This document shows, one piece after another, positions 8,498 to 17,300 of a DNA stretch of 64,000 nt. A program made the translations under genes and the position numbers. This DNA is from a virus. Taxonomy: Duplodnaviria > Caudoviricetes. Location of the stretch: the IMG/VR virus record IMGVR_UViG_2932480793_000001, positions 1 to 64,000 of that record; one strand, 5' to 3'. The notes under the pieces were generated by a model. It was not told where the DNA came from, ran no database searches, and saw only the letters and a program-made list of their open reading frames with translations. Numbering within the stretch: the stretch's first letter is position 1; the number at the start of each line of letters is the position of its first letter.

Positions 8498-11140
8498 TCA
8501 CGTCATCAGCAGAGGCAGAAGCTTGCTGGCCACGTAGGCATGCCCAGCATCCGACAGGTGCACCAGATCCGAAGACCCCGCCGCCCCCGGGTTCGCCTGA
8601 TCACCCCAGTAACCCAACCCCTGCCAGTACGCGTAGTTGTTCTGACCCATCGGCCACAGGTTCACGAGCGCAGCCCCGTACTCCTCGGCGATGCCCCGCA
8701 TCCGAGCCCCGTACTGGGAGTAGATCGTGCCCGCGAAGTTGCCCCGATGCTGCATCACCAGGAGGAGATCGGTGGCCCCGGTGCCCGTGCCCTTGATGGT
8801 GTTCAGCGTCGAGTACACGTTCGCCGCCCACGCATCCAAGGTCACGTTCTGGTTCGCATCGTTCAGCCCCAGAGCGTAGATCACCAGGTCGGCAGGCTGC
8901 GACGTACCACCGTGCCACAGTGTGTTCCCGGTGCCCGCCACGAAGTAATGCGACGTCTGCGCCCCCGACCGGCCAGCGTTGTCGACGATGACACCCGTGT
9001 CCCGCTCCCCCGCCACACCGATCAGCTGGAGGCGAGAACCCCCCGACCCGTTGTACGAGATCACCACCGTGTGCGTCCCAGCCGACAGCCCCGTGACAGT
9101 CTGGGTGCGTACCGACGCCGAACTCAGCCCCGGGTCCGCCACCGCCACCGCAGCAGCCCCATCGATGCTGTACGTGTAGCCGGCGTTCGGGGTGTTGACC
9201 CCCGCCAGGGTGTAGATCTTCAGCGTGGAGCCGCGCACCGTGAACGTCGCCGTCGCCGCGGCCGTGGCGTAGATGCTGCTGATGCCCGGCCCGTACCAGA
9301 GAACCGTGTCGGTCCAGGTGCCCGTCGTGGTGGCGATGGACCCGTTGGCCTGCCACGCAGCGATCGCTTCCGGCTTGGCCCCGATGATCGCCGGTGTGCG
9401 GTTCACGGAGAACAGACCCGACCCGCCGTCCCCGTAGGCCGACTGAAGTGCCGTCCGGAGGATCCCGACGTAGTTCTTCGTGACGAGGTCGGAGCAGTAG
9501 TAGCCCTTCGTCACCGAGTCGCCCACCGCAATGATCCGGGCCTTGCCCGACTCTGCGGCGTCACGCTTCGCCCGCCAGAACTTCCCCCACCCGTCCGGCA
9601 CATACACACCCAGCTCCCCCGCCGAACGCGGCCGGGCAATGCGGGCAGCAACCGTCGTTGCCCCCCGCGCCGTGGTAATCGACGAACCCAGGCGCACCGT
9701 TCCGTTCGTCCCGTCATCAAACAGGCCGGCGGACGCGGCGTGCAGGTAGGCGTCGTCCAGGAGCACCGTCGACGCCCCCGACAGGCGCACCCCGTACTGG
9801 GGGCTGTTCGTCGACCCGCCACCATCGTCCACACCCGGGTAGCACGTCACCCCGTTCACCGTCACCGGCACCGTCGCCCCCACCACTGCCAAGCCGGCGA
9901 ACCCGCTGCCACCAGTGCCGCCGTTGCGGCCGTCGCGGCGCGTCATGAGCCCGGTGATGAGGATGGGGGTGTTGCCGGTGGCGTCCACGAACACCCCGTG
10001 CTGCCCGTTGCGGTCGGTGGAGCAGCCGGTCATCTGCATGCCGCCGGAGCCCTGCCAGTCGCCCCACGCCCCGGTGATGCGGTAGCCGTGGGATCCGTTC
10101 CATTCGGTGCGGCATGCAAGAAGTTGGGCGTTGGTGCAGTTGGTGAGGACGATGCCCTGCGCCCAGCAGCCGATGACCTGGACGTCGTCCAACGTGATGT
10201 CGGTGTTGCCGTTGATGAGGAGCCCGTTGGCGTGGCAGTTGTCGACCATGACGTGCCGGAGCCGCCAGGAGAACGGGAACACCCCGTCGGTTCTGCTCGC
10301 GGTGACGATGCCGTTGTTCGGCATCTGCCGGATGCACACGTCGTCGAGGACCACGTTCTGCACGTTGCCCTTGGCGAAGATCCCGTCGATGCTGCTGCCG
10401 GTCAGCTGCGACCCGTCGATCATCAGGTTCCGCAGGCGCTGCTCCCCGTTGATATCCGGATGGGCGCCGTCGTCGTCGCCGATGATCTGGATGACGCAGT
10501 CGCCGTCGAAGGCCGGGGCGGGCTGGATCCAGCACGCCGAGTCCTCATCAGTCATGCCAGGGCCGACCATCAGATTCGAGTGAGACCCCAGCAAGGTGAT
10601 ACCCATCGGCAGGTCGAGGGTCTCGGTGATCCGGTACACGCCGGCCGGGAAGTACACGACTCCGCCAACCGGGCAGGCGGCGATCGCCGCGAGGATCGCC
10701 GGGGTGTCGTCCGCAGCCCCGTCGCCCACCGCGCCGTGCGCTGCGACCGTCTGCCAGTCCAGCGCCCCCGACACCTGGCTCGGATTGATGCGGCCCCCGG
10801 AGTCCAAGGACGGCCACCCACCGGGCTGGTCGCGCTCCGCCAGGTGCTCCTGGAGTATCTGCCCGAGATCGACGGCCGCGGCGGCGTACCGGCGCCCGTA
10901 GCCGAAGTCCATGAACACGTTGGTGACCCCGTCGGGCCCGTAGAACGCGACCGCGCCATCGCCATCGGCGGTGACGGTAGTGATGGGTGTGCCGTCGAGG
11001 TCGGTCAGGTCGGTGAGCTGGGTGCCACCGGTCGCAGCGGTCCACACGGCACCGGTGGCACCGGGGCGGACGAGGAGCTGATTTCCGACGCGCTCCATGG
11101 CGTAGTCGGATGTGGATCCCCCGAAGAGTCGACGAGGCAT
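8498..11140 (-). CDS. Tail spike: pectin-lyase-like beta-helix + SGNH/GDSL esterase
   Basis: HGAVGDGAADDTPAILAAI...VYFPAGVYRI starts the beta-helix; AVGDSVT, ALGLND and DLVHLSDAGH are SGNH blocks. Confidence 0.85.
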   Translation of the reverse strand: MPRRLFGGSTSDYAMERVGNQLLVRPGATGAVWTAATGGTQLTDLTDLDGTPITTVTADGDGAVAFYGPDGVTNVFMDFGYGRRYAAAAVDLGQILQEHLAERDQPGGWPSLDSGGRINPSQVSGALDWQTVAAHGAVGDGAADDTPAILAAIAACPVGGVVYFPAGVYRITETLDLPMGITLLGSHSNLMVGPGMTDEDSACWIQPAPAFDGDCVIQIIGDDDGAHPDINGEQRLRNLMIDGSQLTGSSIDGIFAKGNVQNVVLDDVCIRQMPNNGIVTASRTDGVFPFSWRLRHVMVDNCHANGLLINGNTDITLDDVQVIGCWAQGIVLTNCTNAQLLACRTEWNGSHGYRITGAWGDWQGSGGMQMTGCSTDRNGQHGVFVDATGNTPILITGLMTRRDGRNGGTGGSGFAGLAVVGATVPVTVNGVTCYPGVDDGGGSTNSPQYGVRLSGASTVLLDDAYLHAASAGLFDDGTNGTVRLGSSITTARGATTVAARIARPRSAGELGVYVPDGWGKFWRAKRDAAESGKARIIAVGDSVTKGYYCSDLVTKNYVGILRTALQSAYGDGGSGLFSVNRTPAIIGAKPEAIAAWQANGSIATTTGTWTDTVLWYGPGISSIYATAAATATFTVRGSTLKIYTLAGVNTPNAGYTYSIDGAAAVAVADPGLSSASVRTQTVTGLSAGTHTVVISYNGSGGSRLQLIGVAGERDTGVIVDNAGRSGAQTSHYFVAGTGNTLWHGGTSQPADLVIYALGLNDANQNVTLDAWAANVYSTLNTIKGTGTGATDLLLVMQHRGNFAGTIYSQYGARMRGIAEEYGAALVNLWPMGQNNYAYWQGLGYWGDQANPGAAGSSDLVHLSDAGHAYVASKLLPLLMT

Positions 11141-11159
11141 GTGGTGTTCCTTTCGGGGG

Positions 11160-12173
11160 TCAGGCGAGCCAGTAGGAGCCGTCGATGGTCAAGATGTCGC
11201 CGGTGCGGATGTTCCACGGCTTGTTCGTGTACACGCTGAAGGCGTTTGGAGTAGCCGTGGAGGAGAGGCTGTTGCTCATGGCGTACCGCAGGCGGGCGAT
11301 CTTCGTGGTGGACGAGGTGGGGTAGATGACCGCTTGGCCGATGCCGCCGCCTTCGTCGTTGTTGCTGGTGTAAGCCCAGTTGAGGATGGCCCGGTGGTTG
11401 TAGGCGGCCGGGTAGCCGGGCGGCAGCGACACCATGATCGGCTCGGTGGATGCGGGAGGGTTCGCCGACGGAATCACGTGGATCACCAGGTCGACGCGCT
11501 TACCACGCACGGTGTACCGGCCGATGTTGGTAGCCGCTGTTCCCCAGTGGAAGTTGCTGCCGCCGACGCTCCACTGCGGGGTGTAGTAGTCCTCCTCGAC
11601 ACCGGGCGACATCAGCCACTGCCAGCTGGCCCCGTCGCCGACGTAGAGCTTGGTGCCCTCGACGAGGAGCTGCCCCTTCACGCTGGGCCGGCGGGCACCG
11701 GGAATGCCGGGGACCGCGCCACGGTCGGTGAACCAGCGCCGGTCGAGGACGTTCACTGCGGTCACAACGGAGGATCCCGCTGCGACGGTGCACTGAGCGA
11801 GCGGGATCTCGTAGACGCCTTCTTCGTCGGCGGCGAGCGTCGGGGCGCTGGTGCCGCCGGTCTTGTAGAAGGCACGGACGGTCTTGGCGCTCATGGAGGC
11901 ACGCAGGATGACCATGTCGACGCGGGCTGCCGACCCGGCGTTGGCTGTGACCGGGATTGTCTTCGTGGCGTCGTTCTTGTAGTAGAACCCGTTCACGAAG
12001 GCCTCGCCGACGGCGAGGGTGACGTTGCCAGACCCATTGCCGGTGACCTTCAGGGCGGTGTCGGCGGGGTCGGAGGCATGAACACCGTCGAGCCCCCACC
12101 GTCGAGCCTGCCGAGACCACTGGGACTGGGTGGCGATCGGGGAGCCGTCGAACGGCGCGGAGAACTCAGCCAT
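11160..12173 (-). CDS. Minor tail / baseplate protein
   Basis: MAEFSAPFDG...GEAFVNGFYY...RVDMVILR...YEIPLA; position in tail operon. Confidence 0.8.
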   Translation of the reverse strand: MAEFSAPFDGSPIATQSQWSRQARRWGLDGVHASDPADTALKVTGNGSGNVTLAVGEAFVNGFYYKNDATKTIPVTANAGSAARVDMVILRASMSAKTVRAFYKTGGTSAPTLAADEEGVYEIPLAQCTVAAGSSVVTAVNVLDRRWFTDRGAVPGIPGARRPSVKGQLLVEGTKLYVGDGASWQWLMSPGVEEDYYTPQWSVGGSNFHWGTAATNIGRYTVRGKRVDLVIHVIPSANPPASTEPIMVSLPPGYPAAYNHRAILNWAYTSNNDEGGGIGQAVIYPTSSTTKIARLRYAMSNSLSSTATPNAFSVYTNKPWNIRTGDILTIDGSYWLA

Positions 12174-12174
12174 C

Positions 12175-13347
12175 TCAGGCCGCCTTCCGGGTCTTGACTC
12201 TGCCCAGATCTCGTTTGAGCTGGGCGAGGAACTTGTAGATGCGGGCGACCGTGCCGTCGCCGTCACTGGAGCCGACGGCGGCCTTCACTGTGGTTCCTTC
12301 TCCGGCGGTGCAGGTGAGGGTGACTTCGCGGACGATGTCGGCCATCCACGAGTCGCGGACCATCGCGGACACGGTGTCGCCGACCTGGTAGTCGCGCCCG
12401 TAGCGGAGCTGCGGGATGTCGATGGGGCTGATCGCCAGCGAGCCCTGCCCGGCACCCGAGGTGAGGGCTTCCTCGGCGACCTGGTCCATCTGTGCGGCCA
12501 GGTCGACGGACGCGGTGTCCACAGAGGTCAGGTCGACGAACTGCTCGATGATCAGCCCAGGGAAGAGTGGGTCGACTCGGTCGTAGGTCTTGCACTGGCG
12601 GGGCGAGGACTGCCCGCCGGCGACGACGACCGCGCGGGTGCAGGTGGGTGGTGTGGTGGTGTAGTTGGCGTCGGTGAGGTTGCCCAGCCGGAACGCGAAC
12701 CGGGCGGTGCCGGACCGGTCGGTGGGTTCGTACACCTGGAACTGGAGGCCGCTGCCAACCTGGACGACGCGAAACCCGAGCCCGGCGGCGTTGGCGATGT
12801 CGGTGAGGACGGCGAGGAGGCTGTCGAACTGGTTGAGCTGCCGGGTGATCGTCGGCCCGCGGTTGCCGTTGGTGGCGAGGGTGAGGAGCGGGTTCTTGCG
12901 GGCGGCCAAGGCGCCGGGCCCGGCGTTCAGGTTGACGAGGGTCCGCATGGCCGTTTCCGCCACCACCGCACTGATCTTGTAGACGGCGTCTGCCTGCGAC
13001 CCGATGGCGCTGCCGGGAGCAGGCCAACAGGTGTAGCGGGCCAGCACCTCCGTGTCGGACACCCCGCCGACGGTCAGCTTCCCCTCGCCGGAGTCGTCCT
13101 TGGAGCGGGACCAGTCGACGGTGCGGATCGGCCCGGAGTCGACCAGCGTGCCGTCAGCGGTGCGGATGATGAGCCCGTTGCCCTCGGCCAGCAGGTTGGT
13201 CTTTCCGGAGTCGGCTGAGATCTCCAGGACGAAGGACCCGATGGCGTTGTAGCGGGGTATGACGGTGAGGCTGGTGTAGTCGTCGATCTGCCCGATGCGC
13301 TCCAGGGCGGCGTTGCGGACGTACACGCGAAGTGCGGTGCTGGGCAC
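12175..13347 (-). CDS. Minor tail protein (ReqiPepy6 Gp37-like / Tal)
   Basis: Follows Dit; YGRDYQVGDTVS motif. Confidence 0.85.
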   Translation of the reverse strand: MPSTALRVYVRNAALERIGQIDDYTSLTVIPRYNAIGSFVLEISADSGKTNLLAEGNGLIIRTADGTLVDSGPIRTVDWSRSKDDSGEGKLTVGGVSDTEVLARYTCWPAPGSAIGSQADAVYKISAVVAETAMRTLVNLNAGPGALAARKNPLLTLATNGNRGPTITRQLNQFDSLLAVLTDIANAAGLGFRVVQVGSGLQFQVYEPTDRSGTARFAFRLGNLTDANYTTTPPTCTRAVVVAGGQSSPRQCKTYDRVDPLFPGLIIEQFVDLTSVDTASVDLAAQMDQVAEEALTSGAGQGSLAISPIDIPQLRYGRDYQVGDTVSAMVRDSWMADIVREVTLTCTAGEGTTVKAAVGSSDGDGTVARIYKFLAQLKRDLGRVKTRKAA

Positions 13348-13360
13348 GGTGGTCCTCCTC

Positions 13361-14302
13361 TCAGGCGGCCAGGTAGCGGGGCTGGTACGCCATGCGGACA
13401 GAGGTGGCCGATGTGGATCCGGCCACGGTGAGGGTGAGCTCGTTGACGCCCGTTTCCAGGGGCCACAAGGCTGAGGCGTTGGACAGGTTCGGCCACAGGT
13501 TCGTGATCCCGTTGAGGAGGGCCGTCTGGCGGCGTTCCCGGGTGTCGATGACGATCGTGTCCGCGCCGGTGATCGTGCGGGTGAGGACGAGGGTCTGCCC
13601 GGTCGTGGTGTTGGTGAGGGTGACCGACGTGGCCGGGCCCTTGATCGTCCACACGGGAAAGGCGTCGTCGTCGCCGTCGTTGTCGACGGTCACTGACCCC
13701 AGCACCTGGGAGTCGCCCACCACGAGCGGCAGAACCGGGAAGAAGTCGCCGCCCGTGCTGTTCTTCCACTCCGTGGTGACCTCTCCCCCAGTCCAGTAAG
13801 GAGACGGGGCAGCGAAGGTGATCACGCCGATGCACCAGCGTCGGCCCGCGGCGTCGAGGGACTCGTCGCCTTCCATGCCGTCCTGATAGCGGACCCCGAT
13901 GCTGCGGGCGTCCCCGTCGGGCTGGGTGAGGGTCAGGGTGCCCTGCCCGCGCTTCGGGTTGAGAGAGCGGATGAAGGTGCGGCGGCGGGCCAGGTAGGCG
14001 GCTCTGCTGTCGTTGGCCCAGAACGCGATCGGGATGCTGATCGTTTTGCCCTGAGCGCGGATCTGGCGTACTTCGTAGCCGTCGATGCCGGGTGATTCGT
14101 CGGTGGCCATGGCGTAGTCGGGCATGTCGAGGCCCTTGATGCCGGGTTGCACCACCCAGCCGCGTTCCCAGTCCGTGAGGAGCGTCGTGGCACCGCCGGG
14201 GTCGGTGAAGGACACCAGGGGCATCTCGACGACGCGCTGCGGCCACTCCCACGGGGGCTGCTGCTCCTCGGGTGGGATCGATGAGGCGACCAGAATCGGC
14301 AT
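13361..14302 (-). CDS. Distal tail protein (Dit)
   Basis: Directly after the TMP; VDNDGDDDAFPVWTIKGP and LETGVNEL motifs. Confidence 0.85.
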   Translation of the reverse strand: MPILVASSIPPEEQQPPWEWPQRVVEMPLVSFTDPGGATTLLTDWERGWVVQPGIKGLDMPDYAMATDESPGIDGYEVRQIRAQGKTISIPIAFWANDSRAAYLARRRTFIRSLNPKRGQGTLTLTQPDGDARSIGVRYQDGMEGDESLDAAGRRWCIGVITFAAPSPYWTGGEVTTEWKNSTGGDFFPVLPLVVGDSQVLGSVTVDNDGDDDAFPVWTIKGPATSVTLTNTTTGQTLVLTRTITGADTIVIDTRERRQTALLNGITNLWPNLSNASALWPLETGVNELTLTVAGSTSATSVRMAYQPRYLAA

Positions 14303-17300
14303 CAGTTGGCTCCGCTCATGACCGGGCGGTGAAGCATGTCGTCCTGCGCCAGGGCATCGAGGATGCTGCGCTTCGAGGCGACCTCGGTGACCCGGGCGTT
14401 GTAGTTCAGGACCCGGTCGCCACTGGTGTTGTTGACCGAGCTGACCTCGGTGCGGGCAACGGTGGCCGCGGCAGTCGACCGAACGACGCGGGCCATGGAT
14501 GCTGCCGCAGCGGCGGCCTGCGGGATGGTGTCGCGGACACCACGGACGAACCCGAGCCCCGTGAACCGGCCGAGGCCGGCGAGAACCTGAGACGGAGACT
14601 TGATCTTCAGTTCGACCTTGATGGTCTTCTGGATCTTCTTCGCCAGGTCGGCCATCGCCTTCACGATCGCCTTCTCCTGCGCCACCAGCCCCGTCAGGAA
14701 GCCCTTCCCTGCCATGGATCCGGCGTCGTACATGGCGTCCGCAGCGGCGCTGCCGTAAGCGGAGGTGGCCTTCCCGATCTGGACCTGGGTCGCGTTGATC
14801 GACTTCAGCTGGGCGTCGGTCGCCTTCACCAACGCCGCGGCGTAGGGCGCGCCCTGGTCGGGGCCGGCGGCGATGATCTGCCCGATGAGAGCCTTCGACA
14901 GGCCGCGCTTGCCCAGGATTTCCAAGTTCTTCGAGAACGCGTTGAGCTGCCCGAGGCGCACCTGAAGGCCGTTGAGGATGCCATCCGCGCCGAAGGGCAG
15001 CCCACTGTTCGGGAGGCTGGTCAGGGATGCGAAGCTGGCCGCGTTGGTAGTCGTCTCGGCGGCAAAAGCCTTGGCTTGGCTGATCTTTGCGGCGATGGTG
15101 TCGCGCTGCTTCGCCAGGGACTGCAGCGTCTTGTTCTGGGTGGTGAGCTGCCGGACCAGCTTGTCGTCGAGGGTGGTCTTCACGCCCTTGAAAGCGTTCT
15201 TCACCGCGGTGGCGACCTGGGTCATGGCCTTGTCGATCGCGGACGCCGTCCCAGCCAGAGCCTTGAGGAAGTTCGCCCCGACGCTGGCCGCGATGGGCCC
15301 GGTGTCGATGCTCTTCCCGCCCACCCGGATGACACCACCCGTGGCGTAGCCGGAGCCCCGCCGGAACCCGGTGCTGATCTGTACCCCGCCGACGATGCCG
15401 CCTAGGGCGTAACCACCGGGCCGGTTGTACGCCGACGACAGGCTGCCGTAACGGGACAGGGCGTAGCGCATGGAGGCGTAGATGTTCGCCATCGGGTCGA
15501 CGCTGACCCCGTACAGCTTGGGCCCGGTCTTGCGGTACTTCCCGGCGTAGGCGTCGAACGTGGGCCGGATGACCTGCATCAGGCCGACGGACGGGGTGCC
15601 GTTGATCCAGTTGATGTCGTTGCGGTTGACCGCCTTGGGGTTACCGCCCGACTCCTGGTTCATGCGGCGCAGCGTCGTGTTCACCAGCGACAGGGACTGA
15701 CCGACCTGTCCCAGCGCCTGGGTGACGACGCCACGGAACCGCTCCACCCCGGCACCGCCACTGCCGCCGTCACCGCCTCCTTCGAGGTACCGCATGGGGT
15801 CGACGGTCTTGCCTTTGATGCGGGCTTCGAGATGCAGGTGGGGGCCGGTGGTGTTGCCGGTGGCGCCGACCCGTCCGATCTGCTGGCCGCGCTTCACCGT
15901 GTCCGACGCGCGCGCGAGCATCGCGGACATGTGCGCGTAGAGGGACGACAGGCCGCTGCCGTGGTTGATCTCGATGTGCTTGCCGTAGGGCCCCGAGTCG
16001 ATAGCCTGCCGGACGATGCCGGAGTCGACCGCCCGGATCGGCGTGCCGGTCTTCGCCGGGAAGTCCAACCCGGTGTGCCGGCCGCTGGACCACATGAGTC
16101 CCGGCTTGCCGAAGGGGGTGCCGTAGGGGGCGGACACGGGCTTGAGCCACTGTCCGGTGCCTTCGACGATGTCCTTGCCGCGGATGTAGTCGATGGCCTT
16201 GTTGATGAGCCCGATCGGGGCCTGTCCGATCATGCCGGGCCAGGTGCCCTTGTTCTTCCCGAGGGCTTTGGTGATGCCTTTCTTGACCGGGGAGAACGCG
16301 GACTCGGCGAGGTCGGCCAACCCGCCGCGGGCGACGTCGGCGCCCTTGGAAAGGACGTTGCCGACGGCGTTGGTGATGCCGTCGAAGATGCCGCCCTCGG
16401 CGAACCCGCGGAACGCCCGGAGGGACTGGCCGCGCATGGCAGCCTGGTTGACTGCGTGGAGCCGCGCCCGCTCGTAGGGGTCGCGCATGGCTTCGGAGAC
16501 GTACACGCCTTCGCCGCGGCGCATGGGCACGAGCTGGTCGTCGCCCTGACGCCACGTGCTGAACCCCGGCAAGATCCCGCCGCGGGCAAAGCCCTTCGGG
16601 AGGTTCATTTCCTTCAGCGGATCGATGCCAGGGATCTTCGCCGCGGTCTTGTTCCAGACGGAGACGATGCCCTTGTTGTAGACGACGTCGATCCAGAACT
16701 TGATCGGGGCTTTGACGAGGTCTTTCAGCCCGTCCCAGATCTTCCCGAGGTTCTTCTTCAGGGTGTTGAACGCCCCGGACAACTTCTCGGCGAAGTTGTC
16801 GAAGCCGCGGCGGACGGAGCCCCAGGCGTCGGACGCGGTGGTCTTGATGTTGTTCCACAGCCCGGACCAGGCGCCAGCGACCTTCTCCCGGATCCAGTTG
16901 AAGATCCGGATGGCCCCGTTGCGCAGGTCCGTGAACCAGCGGATGGCCCCGTTGACAATGTCGGGGATGACGGAGTGCCCGAGGAGGAAGTCATAGAGCC
17001 ACTCGAAGGCCCCCGCGATCTTCTCCGTGACCCACTTGATTGCGTCGACGGCCGGGCCCAGCTTCTCCCGCAGCGCGGTCATGTGCTCGATGAACTTCGT
17101 CATCGCCGGAACGACAATCCCGGTGATCACCATGACGGCGAGCTGAGTCAGCAGCGTCGAGAACTGGATCATCGGCGGCAGCAGCGGCAGCAGCGCAGGC
17201 AACAGCTCGACGATGAACATGGTGCTGAGCAGCAGCAACTGCGGCAACAGCGGGGCGAGGGCGAGCAGGATCTGCCCGATGGCCTGGCCGAGCTGGATGA

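Noticed and set aside
8426-11239. 937-aa plus-strand ORF and many other long antisense ORFs (e.g. 15832-17574, 24205-26202, 27554-29767, 37643-40141)
   Set aside because: Shadow frames of real genes in high-GC DNA; no motifs, and Arg/Pro/Gly-rich composition.
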